A DNA stretch of 32,000 nucleotides from Schaalia odontolytica (lineage in GTDB: Bacteria; Actinomycetota; Actinomycetes; Actinomycetales; Actinomycetaceae), in contig NZ_CP040006.1 of NCBI RefSeq assembly GCF_005696695.1, positions 660,001 through 692,000 of the forward strand. The letters run 5' to 3'. Each line of letters starts with the position of its first letter. The stretch's first letter is position 1. Of this stretch, positions 9,180 to 18,158 are shown piece after piece. The position numbers and the translations under genes are program-made. The notes under the pieces were generated by a model that saw nothing but the letters and a program-made list of their open reading frames with translations, was not told the DNA's origin and made no database searches.

Positions 9180-10169
9180 TCAGGCGAGCGACACGGGCTT
9201 TCCGGTCTTTGCCGACTCCGTGGCGGCCTCGGCCAGGCGCAGAGCCTCGATCGCGTCGTCGATGGACGGCGTGGGCTTGGTGCCCGCGACAACCGCGTCG
9301 ATGAAGGCGGTCAGCTCAAGGCGGTAGGCGTCCGCGTAGCGCTGCAGGAAGAAGTCCAGGTACGGCTCGGCCGCATCCGTGACCTCGGCGTTGGACAGGC
9401 GCACGGTGGTGGCGCGGATGTTGTCCGCGTTGAGCGTGCCCGTCGAACCCTGGGCTTCCAGGCGCTGGTCGTAGCCGGCCGAGCACTTGCGGTTGTTGAC
9501 GATGGTGGCGACGACGCCGGCGGCGTTCTTCAGGGTGACCACGGCGGCGTCGAAGTCGCCGGCTTCCCTGATCTCCTCGTTGAAGTTCTGGCCGAAGGCG
9601 TGCACCTCGACGATGTCGCCCAGGAAGAAGCGGGCCATGTCGAAGTCGTGGATGGTCATGTCGCGGAAAATGCCGCCGGAGACCTTCACGTACTCAGCCG
9701 GGGGAGCGGAGGGGTCGCGCGAGATGATGAGCAGGTTCTCCAGGTCGCCGATCTTTCCCTCTTCAAGCTGGGCGTGAACCGCGGCGAAGGAGGGGTCGAA
9801 GCGGCGGTTGAAGCCGAACATGACGGGCACGGACACAGCGCCCAGCTCGTCGCGAGCGGCCTCGACGTCCTTCATGTCCAGCGCGATCGGCTTCTCGCAC
9901 AGCACAGCCTTGCCGGCCTTGGCGGCGGCGAGCAGGTGCGGGATGTGCAGCGGCGTGGGAGAGCCGATAACGACGGCGTCGACGCCTTCGTCGGTGAAGA
10001 CGGAATCAACGTCGGTCGTGTGGTGGGCGCCGTAGACCTCGGCCAGCTTCTGCGCGGCGTCACCGAACGGATCGGCAACGAGGGCGAGGGTGGCGCCGGG
10101 GTGGGCGGCGATGGTCTTGGCGTGGACGTGGCCGATGCGGCCGGCGCCGATAACGGCAATGTTGAGCAT
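9180..10169 (-). CDS. iolG: myo-Inositol 2-dehydrogenase, IdhA/rhizobial-corynebacterial type (Gfo/Idh/MocA)
   Basis: IAVIGAGRIGHVHAK, LCEKPIALD, GFNRRFDP and SRDPSAPPAEYVKVSGGIFRDMTIHDFDMARFFLG closely follow my recollection of S. meliloti IdhA. Confidence 0.85.
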   Translation of the reverse strand: MLNIAVIGAGRIGHVHAKTIAAHPGATLALVADPFGDAAQKLAEVYGAHHTTDVDSVFTDEGVDAVVIGSPTPLHIPHLLAAAKAGKAVLCEKPIALDMKDVEAARDELGAVSVPVMFGFNRRFDPSFAAVHAQLEEGKIGDLENLLIISRDPSAPPAEYVKVSGGIFRDMTIHDFDMARFFLGDIVEVHAFGQNFNEEIREAGDFDAAVVTLKNAAGVVATIVNNRKCSAGYDQRLEAQGSTGTLNADNIRATTVRLSNAEVTDAAEPYLDFFLQRYADAYRLELTAFIDAVVAGTKPTPSIDDAIEALRLAEAATESAKTGKPVSLA

Positions 10170-10216
10170 CTTTGCTTCTTTCTAGGTGAGAGGGGTGTAC
10201 TGGGCAGCAGAAAACC

Positions 10217-10255
10217 GTGACCGGTGGTGGCCCCACACGCGACGTGCGGGGTCAC
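10217..10255 (-). other. Intercistronic stem-loop between the transaldolase-like gene and iolG
   Basis: On the minus-strand RNA, CCCCGCACG/CGTGTGGGG forms a 9-bp stem with one G-U pair and a 3-nt loop, flanked by an outer GTGACC/GGTCAC pair. Function unknown. Confidence 0.3.
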
Positions 10256-10263
10256 CGAGTGGA

Positions 10264-11340
10264 TCACGGAGCGGGCATAATGACGTCGCGCACCAGTGCG
10301 TCGAGGTCAGCGTCTGCCTGCAGGAAGCCGCGCAGGGTCCGGACGGTGCCACCGAAGGTGTCGAACTCCTCCGGGGTCATGCCGTCGGGCTCGTAGGCGC
10401 GGACGAACTCGGGGATCGAGAGCAGGGTCTTCATGATGTCCTCGCGCACGGGGATGTCCATGCGCTCTTCCACCTTGTAGTCCGAGTCGTTGATGAGCTT
10501 GGCCCACTTGAACGGCGGGGAGACGACGACGTCGCCACCGACGAACTCGGACCAGTGCATGACGTTACGGAAAGCGGCGGAGAGCATGCGGGCGCGCAGG
10601 CCGCGCTTCTGGAACTCCTGGTAGGCGCGCTTGAAGGCGGCGACACCGCACCACTCGAGGTGACCCGGATCGATGAACAGGCGATCGCGCTTGGCGACCT
10701 CCTTGATCCAGTCGTCGAGGCGGCCCACCATGAGGGTGACGACCGGGCCCATCTGGGAGGTGTCCTTGCCCTCGGCCTCACGGCGCTTGAGGCCGCGCTC
10801 GATGGCCTCGCCGGTGACGACGGCCTGAGCGACGGAGAAGGACACCGTCACGTTGATGGAGACGCCGCGGTAGGTGGCCTCTTCGATGGCTTCGACGCCC
10901 ACCGAGGTGGCGGGGATCTTCACGATGATGTTCTTGGCGAGGTTGTGGAACTCCTCGGCCTGGTCGGCCAGGGCCTTGGCGCTGCGGGCCAGGCGCGGGT
11001 CCGTCTGCATGGACAGGCGGCCGTTGCGGCCGTTCTCGGCCTCGAAGATGGGCTCGAGGAGCTTGGCGGCCTCAAGGGACAGTTCGCGCACGACCTGCCA
11101 GCCGATCTCAGACTCGGTAGCCTCGGGCATTTCCTTGGCGAGCTCGGCGATGCGGGGCAGCCACACGTCGCGACGCTGGTTGATGCAGGTGTAGGCAATG
11201 GTCGGGTTGCAGGTAGCACCGACGCCACCGAAGGAGATGGACTGCGCCAGCTCGCTCGGATCCGACGAATCGTTCCACAGGGCGGTGGGCGTGTTACGCG
11301 CGGCGTCCAGAAGGGGGCCGGGGGTGTACTCGATGGACAT
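10264..11340 (-). CDS. Transaldolase-family (class I aldolase fold) protein, atypical active site
   Basis: IIVKIPAT (Schiff-base Lys), SINVTVSFS and WNDSSDP motifs. GRLSMQTDPRL carries Gln where transaldolases have the catalytic Glu. Start taken at ATG 11340 because the GTG at 11352 abuts the AAGGAG RBS. Confidence 0.8.
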   Translation of the reverse strand: MSIEYTPGPLLDAARNTPTALWNDSSDPSELAQSISFGGVGATCNPTIAYTCINQRRDVWLPRIAELAKEMPEATESEIGWQVVRELSLEAAKLLEPIFEAENGRNGRLSMQTDPRLARSAKALADQAEEFHNLAKNIIVKIPATSVGVEAIEEATYRGVSINVTVSFSVAQAVVTGEAIERGLKRREAEGKDTSQMGPVVTLMVGRLDDWIKEVAKRDRLFIDPGHLEWCGVAAFKRAYQEFQKRGLRARMLSAAFRNVMHWSEFVGGDVVVSPPFKWAKLINDSDYKVEERMDIPVREDIMKTLLSIPEFVRAYEPDGMTPEEFDTFGGTVRTLRGFLQADADLDALVRDVIMPAP

Positions 11341-11422
11341 GGCGGGAAGCACTCCTTTGTGATTGCTTTCGACTTTCTCCGTCGGGAATAAGTCTACGGC
11401 GAGCGCATCCGCCTGTCAACAG

Positions 11423-11436
11423 TTTGTTAGGACAAA
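11423..11436. promoter_or_regulatory. Putative IolR-type operator TTTGTTAGGACAAA, 83 nt upstream of the transaldolase-like gene
   Basis: Near-perfect 6-2-6 palindrome of the recurring motif. Confidence 0.55.
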
Positions 11437-11450
11437 GTGTCAATACCCTG

Positions 11451-12218
11451 TCACTGGGCGAAAAGGCTGGCCTCGAAGGAGTATCGCGATGCGCGGTAGA
11501 TGTGGTTGCCGTACTCCACGATGCGCCCCGAGGGGTCGTAGGTGGTGCGCTGAGTCGTCAGTAGGGCGGCGCCGCGGTGCTCGGACAGGAGCTTGGCTTC
11601 CTTCGTTGTCGCGCTGCGGGCGCCGATCACCTGGCGGGCCGAGGCCAGGGTGACCCCGCGCTCGCGCATCAGGTCGTAGAGGGACGCGGACTCGAGCTCC
11701 TGCATGGTCGGCGCGATGTCCGTCGGGATGAAGTTGGTGAGCACTGCGATCGGCTCGTCGTTGGCGAAACGCGTGCGCTCGATGTGAACGATGAGGGTTC
11801 CCTCGGTGATCTTGAGGACGTCGGCTTCCTGGGCGTTGGCCGGGCGCGCCTCGTAGCGCTGGATCGTCGTGTGGACCTTGTGGCCGGCGTTGACAAGGTC
11901 GCGCATGAGGGAGGTGAGTTCCATGGGGCGGTGGACGTGGCGCGGGGACACGATCGTGCCGACGCCGCGGCGGCGCGTCAGGAGGCCGCGGTCAACGAGG
12001 CGCTGGAGCGCCTGTCGTGCCGTGGGGCGGGAGACGTGCAGGCGCGCAGCCATCGAGAGTTCGTCCTCCAGGCGCGTGTCCGCGGGCAGGGCGCCGGAGT
12101 TGATGAGCTGTGCGATGGGCTCCGAAATCTGAAAGTACAGCGGCACGGGGGAGGAGCGGTCCAGCGTGATGTCCGGAACGTAGGGGGTGTTCTCCGAGGT
12201 GGTCGATGCTTTGGACAT
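11451..12218 (-). CDS. iolR: GntR family (HutC subfamily, UTRA effector domain) transcriptional regulator, likely inositol repressor
   Basis: Winged-helix LEDELSMAARLHVSRPTARQALQRLVDRGLLTRRRGVGTIV plus a C-terminal UTRA-like domain. Divergent from iolC, as for C. glutamicum iolR. Confidence 0.8.
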   Translation of the reverse strand: MSKASTTSENTPYVPDITLDRSSPVPLYFQISEPIAQLINSGALPADTRLEDELSMAARLHVSRPTARQALQRLVDRGLLTRRRGVGTIVSPRHVHRPMELTSLMRDLVNAGHKVHTTIQRYEARPANAQEADVLKITEGTLIVHIERTRFANDEPIAVLTNFIPTDIAPTMQELESASLYDLMRERGVTLASARQVIGARSATTKEAKLLSEHRGAALLTTQRTTYDPSGRIVEYGNHIYRASRYSFEASLFAQ

Positions 12219-12315
12219 GTCAAACCTTCGTGTGCGGCGCGATGGCAGTGTTAATTAAATACGGTTACATAGTATCAGCGTTGATGTCAGGAGGAAGTAT
12301 GACGCGCTGTTACAT

Positions 12316-12329
12316 ATTGTATGGACAAA
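12316..12329. promoter_or_regulatory. Putative IolR-type operator ATTGTATGGACAAA in the divergent iolR/iolC region
   Basis: Motif-family member, 80 nt from the iolC ATG and 98 nt from the iolR ATG, inside an AT-rich island. Confidence 0.5.
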
Positions 12330-12408
12330 GTTTGACGATTGCCTGCTGATGGTGCATCCTTGGAGCGAAAGGTTTACGGGCCACCCCAATGGAGAGGAAG
12401 GAGGCGCC

Positions 12409-13374
12409 ATGTCTCTCGAGCGCCGCTATGTCGACATTCTGACAATGGGTCGTTCCGGTATTGACATTTTTCCTCTCCAAGTTGGCGCCCACCTCGAAGA
12501 CGTCGAGACCTTCGGAAAGTTCCTCGGCGGCAGCCCGACGAACGTCGCCGTCGCCGCCGCGCGCCTCGGGCACCGTGCCGGCGTCATCACCGGCGTGGGG
12601 GACGATCCCTTCGGCCGTTTCGTGACCCGGGAGCTGGAGCGCCTCGGCGTCTCCTCCGATCATGTCGTCACCGTGCGCGACTTCCACACCCCCGTGACCT
12701 TTGCCGAGCTATTCCCGCCGGACTCCTTCCCGCTCTACTTTTACCGCGAACCCAGCGCCCCGGACCTGGAGCTGGGGGAGGATCAGGTGGATTGGGACGC
12801 TGTCGAGCGCGCCGGGATCTTCTGGTTTACCGTGACCGGCCTGTCGCGCGACTCCTCCTTCGGCCTGCACCTGCGCGCCCTCGATCATCGCGACCGCTCC
12901 AATGGCGTCACGATCCTCGACCTTGACTACCGCTCCAACCTGTGGAGCGGCATGGCTCAGGCGCGTTCGCGCGTCGCAGCCGTTCTGTCCCGCGTGGACG
13001 TCGCCGTCGGTAACCGCCAGGAATGCGAGATGGCCGTCGGCGTCTCCGATCCCGAAGGCGCTGCTGATGCCCTCCTCGAGCGCGGCGTTCGACTCGCGAT
13101 CGTCAAGCAGGGGCCCAAGGGTACCCTCGCTAAGACCGCCGACGAGCGTGTGTGGGTCGATGCCTGGGACGTGGACGTCGTTAACGGGCTTGGTGCGGGG
13201 GATGCCTTTGGAGGCGCACTCATTCACGGCCTCGTTGAAGGGTGGGACCTCGAGCGCACGATCCGTTACGCCTCGGCCGCGGGAGCCTACGTGTGCTTGC
13301 ACATCGAATGCTCGACCGCCATGCCCACCCTTGAGCAGCTGAGCACCTTCGTCGAAACGGGGGGCCTCCCGTAA
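12409..13374 (+). CDS. iolC: 5-dehydro-2-deoxygluconokinase (PfkB family)
   Basis: DILTMGRSGIDI...FGKFLGGSPTNVAVAAARLG resembles the IolC N-terminus, and GAGDAFGG is the PfkB motif. Start at ATG 12409, after GGAAGGAGG. Confidence 0.85.
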   Translation: MSLERRYVDILTMGRSGIDIFPLQVGAHLEDVETFGKFLGGSPTNVAVAAARLGHRAGVITGVGDDPFGRFVTRELERLGVSSDHVVTVRDFHTPVTFAELFPPDSFPLYFYREPSAPDLELGEDQVDWDAVERAGIFWFTVTGLSRDSSFGLHLRALDHRDRSNGVTILDLDYRSNLWSGMAQARSRVAAVLSRVDVAVGNRQECEMAVGVSDPEGAADALLERGVRLAIVKQGPKGTLAKTADERVWVDAWDVDVVNGLGAGDAFGGALIHGLVEGWDLERTIRYASAAGAYVCLHIECSTAMPTLEQLSTFVETGGLP

Positions 13375-13447
13375 CCCACCCGACCCGCCCCAGCCTCGTC
13401 CCCCTTTTCACCCAACGGCACCGATGCCCAACTTTCAGGAGACTACG

Positions 13448-14320
13448 ATGACTCTTCCCGATATCTACGTTCCCGCCGGTTCCTCCGGCCACGGCAATTT
13501 CACCGTCGACATTGACCCCCAGCGCGCCGGTTGGGGATTCTCGGGCCTGCGCGTCCTGGTCCTCGAGGCCGGCGCCTCCCAGATCGTCGAGACCGGCGAG
13601 GCCGAGCTCCTCGTGCTGCCCCTCGCCGGCGGCGCGACCGTCGAGGTCGACGGGCAGACCTACGAGCTCGAGGGCCGTCGCGGCGTCTTCTCCGGTGTCA
13701 CCGACTACCTGTACGTCGGGCGAGGCAAGAGCCTGACCATCACCTCGGCCGACGGTGGCCGCTTCGCCTTCCCCTCCGCGATCGCCACCCGCGACATCCC
13801 CGTCGCCTACTATCCCAAGAGCCAGGTCCGCGTCGACCTGCGCGGCGCCGGCGACTGCTCGCGCCAGGTCAACAACTACTCCCTGGCCGTCGAGGGCGTC
13901 ACCACCTCCCACCTGCTGGCCTGTGAGGTCATCACCCCCGGCGGTAACTGGTCCTCCTACCCGGCCCACAAGCATGAGCAGGACTCTGAGGACGAGCGTG
14001 AGCTCGAAGAGATCTACTACTTCGAGATCGAGGACGGCCCCGAGGGCTCCAAGGGATTCGGCCTGCACCGCACCTACGGCAGCCCCGGCCGCCCGATCGA
14101 CCTGTGCTGCGAGGTTCACGACGGTGACGTCGCCCTCGTGCCCCACGGCTACCACGGCCCCTGCGTCGCGGCCCCCGGCTACGACATGTACTACCTGAAC
14201 GTCATGGCCGGCCCGAACGAGGACCTCGTGTGGCTAGCCCCCGACGATCCGGCCCACCACTGGATCCGCGCGACCTGGGAACACCAGGAAGTGGACCCCC
14301 GTCTCCCGATGAACAAGTAA
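13448..14320 (+). CDS. iolB: 5-deoxy-glucuronate isomerase
   Basis: GGNWSSYPAHKHEQD...EEIYYFE is the IolB cupin signature. Start at ATG 13448, after AGGAG; ATG 13424 is an alternative. Confidence 0.9.
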   Translation: MTLPDIYVPAGSSGHGNFTVDIDPQRAGWGFSGLRVLVLEAGASQIVETGEAELLVLPLAGGATVEVDGQTYELEGRRGVFSGVTDYLYVGRGKSLTITSADGGRFAFPSAIATRDIPVAYYPKSQVRVDLRGAGDCSRQVNNYSLAVEGVTTSHLLACEVITPGGNWSSYPAHKHEQDSEDERELEEIYYFEIEDGPEGSKGFGLHRTYGSPGRPIDLCCEVHDGDVALVPHGYHGPCVAAPGYDMYYLNVMAGPNEDLVWLAPDDPAHHWIRATWEHQEVDPRLPMNK

Positions 14321-14342
14321 GACAGCCCCGAAAGGATCACCC

Positions 14343-16250
14343 ATGAGCAAAGAAGCCTACAAGGGAACCGTGCGCCTGACGGTCGCACAGGCAATCATTC
14401 GCTTCCTGTCCAACCAGTACACCGAGCGTGACGGCGTCGAGCACCGCCTCATCGCGGGCGCCTTCGGCATCTTCGGCCACGGTAACGTTGCAGGCATCGG
14501 TCAGGCCCTGCTGCAGAACGAGATCGCGCCCGCCGAGGGCGAGAACCCGATGCCCTACATCATGCCCCGCAACGAGCAGGGCGCCGTCCATGCGGCCGCG
14601 GCATTTGCCAAGACGACGAACCGCCTGCAGACCTGGATGACGACCGCGTCGATCGGCCCGGGCTCGCTCAACATGGTCACGGGTGCCGCCACGGCGACGA
14701 CGAATCGCCTACCCGTCCTCATCTTCCCCTCCGACCAGTTCGCGACCCGCATCCCGGACCCGGTCCTCCAGCAGCTTGAGGATCCGACCTCGCTCGACGT
14801 GACCGTCAACGACGCATTCCGTCCCGTCTCTCGCTTCTTCGACCGCATCAATCGTCCCGAGCAGCTGATCCCCTCGCTGCTCAACGGTATGCGCGTCCTC
14901 ACTGACCCGGCTGAAACCGGTGCCGTCACGATCGCCCTGCCCCAGGACGTCCAGGCCGAGGCCTACGACTGGCCGGTCGAGTTCTTCGCCAAGCGCGTGT
15001 GGCACGTGCGCCGTCCTCCCGTCGAGCGCGCCGCACTCGAGCGCGCGGTCGCCAAGATCCGCGCCGCCAAGCGTCCCCTCATCATCGCCGGCGGCGGCAC
15101 CATCTACTCCGAGGCCTCGGAGGAGCTGCGCGCGTTCGCGGCCGCGACCGGCATCCCGGTGGCGGACACGCAGGCCGGTAAGGGTGCCATCAACTGCGAT
15201 CACCCCTGCTCCGTGGGTGGCGTCGGTTCGACCGGCGGCGACTCGGGCAACCACCTCGCCGACAAGGCTGACCTGATCATCGGCGTGGGCACGCGCTACT
15301 CCGACTTCACGACGGCCTCGAAGACGCAGTTCAAGAACCCCGACGTCTCCTTCGTCAACATCAACATCACGCCTTTCGACGCCGCCAAGCAGAGCGCAGA
15401 GATGGTCGTGGCCGACGCGCGCGAGGCCCTCGTCGCACTGACCGAGGAACTGTCCGACTACCGCGTCGATGAGTCCTACACCGCCGAGATCGCCGCCGAG
15501 CGCGAGGCCTGGGCCGCCAAGGTGGAGCAGTGCTACCACGTGGGCAACGCCCCGCTGCCCGCGCAGACCGAGGTCTTCGGTGCGCTCAACGAGCTCATGG
15601 GTGACGAGGACGTGGTCATCAACGCCGCCGGTTCGATGCCCGGAGACCTGCAGGCCCTGTGGCAGGCGAAGACCCCCGTCCAGTACCACGTCGAATACGC
15701 CTTCTCCTGCATGGGCTACGAGGTTCCGGCCGCCATGGGCGTCAAGCTGGCTCGCCCCGAATCCGAGGTCGTCTCGATTGTCGGCGACGGCACCTACCAG
15801 ATGCTCCCGATGGAACTGGCCACGGTCGCCCAGGAGGGCATTAAGGTCATCTACGTCCTGCTGCAGAACTACGGCTTCGCGTCGATTGGCGCCCTGTCTG
15901 AGTCGCGCGGCTCCCAGCGCTTCGGCACGAAGTACCGCCAGCGTGGAGAAGGGTCGCACCTGGAGGATACGGACACGATCGCTGGAGTGGACATCGCGGC
16001 GAACGCTCGCTCGTGGGGCATCGACGTGCTCGAGGTCCACACGATCGAGGAGTTCAAGGAGGCATACAAGGCGGCCGCCGCCTCGGATCGTGCGACCATG
16101 ATCCACATCGAGACCGACCTGATGGGCCCCAACCCGCCCGGATCCTCCTGGTGGGACGTGGCGATCTCGCAGGTTTCCGCGCTCGAGTCCACGCAGCGCG
16201 CCTACGAGGATTACCAGCGCGATCGCAAGCCGCAGCGTCACTACCTGTGA
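14343..16250 (+). CDS. iolD: 3D-(3,5/4)-trihydroxycyclohexane-1,2-dione acylhydrolase (ThDP-dependent)
   Basis: N-terminus RLTVAQAIIRFLSNQY...GIFGHGNVAGIGQAL matches IolD. 635 aa with a ThDP-binding fold (GDGTYQM). Confidence 0.9.
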   Translation: MSKEAYKGTVRLTVAQAIIRFLSNQYTERDGVEHRLIAGAFGIFGHGNVAGIGQALLQNEIAPAEGENPMPYIMPRNEQGAVHAAAAFAKTTNRLQTWMTTASIGPGSLNMVTGAATATTNRLPVLIFPSDQFATRIPDPVLQQLEDPTSLDVTVNDAFRPVSRFFDRINRPEQLIPSLLNGMRVLTDPAETGAVTIALPQDVQAEAYDWPVEFFAKRVWHVRRPPVERAALERAVAKIRAAKRPLIIAGGGTIYSEASEELRAFAAATGIPVADTQAGKGAINCDHPCSVGGVGSTGGDSGNHLADKADLIIGVGTRYSDFTTASKTQFKNPDVSFVNINITPFDAAKQSAEMVVADAREALVALTEELSDYRVDESYTAEIAAEREAWAAKVEQCYHVGNAPLPAQTEVFGALNELMGDEDVVINAAGSMPGDLQALWQAKTPVQYHVEYAFSCMGYEVPAAMGVKLARPESEVVSIVGDGTYQMLPMELATVAQEGIKVIYVLLQNYGFASIGALSESRGSQRFGTKYRQRGEGSHLEDTDTIAGVDIAANARSWGIDVLEVHTIEEFKEAYKAAAASDRATMIHIETDLMGPNPPGSSWWDVAISQVSALESTQRAYEDYQRDRKPQRHYL

Positions 16251-16262
16251 TGAGCTGAGCGC

Positions 16263-16312
16263 GTGAGGGGGCGGCCCCGGAGAAATCTGGGGCCGCCCCT
16301 CACGTGTTTGTT
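16263..16312 (+). terminator. Terminator after iolD
   Basis: GTGAGGGGGCGGCCCC / GGGGCCGCCCCTCAC stem (one bulge), followed by GTGTTTGTT. Confidence 0.7.
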
Positions 16313-16477
16313 CGTGGTGCGCGTCGGCATTCGTCGTGAAACGCTCCGTGAAACTGTGGTGCCGTTGATGAGACGGTGATCGCGGTGGGGGAGTGTGTCC
16401 GATAGACGGGACAAATGTGTGTTGGTATGTGCTGGAGCTGCTGATATCGCGACATAGGTCCCAGAAACATGCTACTG

Positions 16478-16491
16478 TTTGTCCTAACAAA
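16478..16491. promoter_or_regulatory. Putative IolR-type operator TTTGTCCTAACAAA, 45 nt upstream of iolA
   Basis: Motif-family member. Confidence 0.55.
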
Positions 16492-16535
16492 GTTGTTCCA
16501 CCATTCGTGGATGAATGGGAAGAAAGGTAAAACCA

Positions 16536-18038
16536 ATGACAATCAACCTGTGGGTCAATGGCGAAGAGTATGTCGCCCACTCTGACAAGACCATCGACGT
16601 CGAGAACCCCGCCACCGGCAAGGTCGTCGATCAGCTGGCCCTGGCTGACAAGCACTGCCTCGACCAGGTCGTCGAGATCGCTCGCCAGGCGCAGAAGGAA
16701 TGGGCTCGTACCGCCCTGGCCAAGCGCGTGGACATCATGTTCAAGTTCCGTCAGCTCGTCATCGAGCATCAGGATGAGATCGCCGATGCCATCGTGCGCG
16801 AGGGCGGCAAGACCCACGGCGACGCCCTCGGTGAGATCGCCCGTGGCCGCGAGACCGTCGACTTCGCCTGCGGAATCAACGCCGCCCTCAAGGGTGAATT
16901 CACCGACCAGGCCTCGACCGGCGTGGACGTGCACACCCTGCGTCAGCCCGTCGGCGTCGTCGCCGGCATCTGCCCCTTCAACTTCCCGGCCATGGTCCCC
17001 ATGTGGATGCACCCGGTCGCTCTGGCCACCGGCAATGCCTTCATTCTGAAGGTTGCCTCGACTGTCCCCAGCGCCTCGCTGATTATCGCACGCCTCTACA
17101 AGGAGGCCGGCCTGCCCGACGGTCTGTTCAACGTCATCGCCGGCGACCGCCACCTGGTGACCGACATTCTCACCCATCCTGGCATTGATGCCATCTCCTT
17201 CGTCGGTTCCTCCCCGGTCGCGCACATCGTGCAGGACACGGGTGTGGCCAACGGTAAGCGCGTTCAGGCCCTGGGTGGCGCGAACAACCATGCGATCGTC
17301 ATGCCCGACGCGGACATCGAGTTCGCCGCGCAGCACATCAGCGCCGGCGCCTTCGGTGCGGCCGGTCAGCGCTGCATGGCCCTGCCCGTGATCGTCGCCG
17401 TCGGCGGCGTCGAGGAGAAGCTGGTTCCCGCCATCAAGGCTCGCGCCGAGAAGATCGTCGTCGGCCCCGGCACCGACCCGGCCTCGGAGATGGGCCCGGT
17501 CATCACCCGCTCGTCCCAGGAGCGCATCACCAAGTGGATCGACGAGGCCGAGGCGAAGGGCGCGACCGTCGTGCTCGACGGCCGTGGCTACCGTCCCGAG
17601 GGTGAGGAATACGCGGACGGCTTCTGGCTGGCCCCCACCATCCTCGACAACGTGGATCGCGACCTGAGCGTCTACTGCGAAGAGGTCTTCGGTCCGGTCC
17701 TGGTCGTCGTGCACGCCGACACCTATGAAGAGGCTATCGAGATCGTCAACTCCTCCGAGTTTGGCAACGGCTCCGCGATCTTCACCTCCGATGGTGACAC
17801 CGCCCGCCACTTCGTCGTCGACGTCGAGGCCGGCATGGTCGGCGTCAACGTGCCGATCCCGGTTCCGGTTGCCTACTACTCCTTCGGTGGTTGGAAGGAG
17901 TCGCTGCTGGGCGATACCCACATCCACGGCCCCGAGGGTGTGCGCTTCTACACGAAGGCCAAGGTTGTGACGACCCGCTGGCCCAAGCGTGGCGAGAAGG
18001 TTGGCTACGTCGGCATGAACTTCCCGACGAACGCCTGA
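16536..18038 (+). CDS. iolA: CoA-acylating methylmalonate/malonate-semialdehyde dehydrogenase
   Basis: Aldehyde dehydrogenase fold with a catalytic Cys context GAAGQRCMAL typical of MmsA/IolA. Start at ATG 16536. Confidence 0.9.
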   Translation: MTINLWVNGEEYVAHSDKTIDVENPATGKVVDQLALADKHCLDQVVEIARQAQKEWARTALAKRVDIMFKFRQLVIEHQDEIADAIVREGGKTHGDALGEIARGRETVDFACGINAALKGEFTDQASTGVDVHTLRQPVGVVAGICPFNFPAMVPMWMHPVALATGNAFILKVASTVPSASLIIARLYKEAGLPDGLFNVIAGDRHLVTDILTHPGIDAISFVGSSPVAHIVQDTGVANGKRVQALGGANNHAIVMPDADIEFAAQHISAGAFGAAGQRCMALPVIVAVGGVEEKLVPAIKARAEKIVVGPGTDPASEMGPVITRSSQERITKWIDEAEAKGATVVLDGRGYRPEGEEYADGFWLAPTILDNVDRDLSVYCEEVFGPVLVVVHADTYEEAIEIVNSSEFGNGSAIFTSDGDTARHFVVDVEAGMVGVNVPIPVPVAYYSFGGWKESLLGDTHIHGPEGVRFYTKAKVVTTRWPKRGEKVGYVGMNFPTNA

Positions 18039-18057
18039 GTCCGATAACTCTGCGAGC

Positions 18058-18100
18058 GGAGGGGTGGGTGCAGTGTGCCCGCCCCTCCACTCTTTGTATC
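18058..18100 (+). terminator. Terminator after iolA
   Basis: GGAGGGGTGGG / CCCGCCCCTCC stem (one G-U pair), followed by a T-rich tail CTCTTTGTATCTTTG. Confidence 0.6.
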
Positions 18101-18114
18101 TTTGTTAGAACAAA
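18101..18114. promoter_or_regulatory. Putative IolR-type operator TTTGTTAGAACAAA
   Basis: Palindromic half-sites TTTGTT/AACAAA around a 2-nt centre. Lies 187 nt upstream of the 18301 gene in an AT-rich 262-bp intergenic region. Confidence 0.5.
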
Positions 18115-18142
18115 AATATTGTGGATGTCAATTGAAAACGTG

Positions 18143-18158
18143 GATAACGCGGGTTATC
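18143..18158. promoter_or_regulatory. Second, different palindrome GATAAC-GCGG-GTTATC; candidate operator, possibly for the LacI-type regulator
   Basis: 6-4-6 inverted repeat lying between a -35-like TGGATA (18141-18146) and a -10-like TATATC (18164-18169). Confidence 0.3.

Noticed and set aside
16396-16413. TGTCC-N8-GGACA inverted repeat upstream of iolA as an additional IolR operator.
   Set aside because: The spacing (8 nt rather than 2) and the half-site length differ from the recurrent 6-2-6 motif. It occurs only once, which is not enough to call.
14709-17927. 1072-aa ORF on the minus strand spanning iolD and iolA; the longest ORF in the window.
   Set aside because: It lies antisense to two genes with unmistakable family signatures. 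Its Gly/Asp/Val/Arg/His-rich low-complexity composition is typical of shadow ORFs in high-GC DNA, where stop codons are rare. It has no RBS and no recognisable domain.
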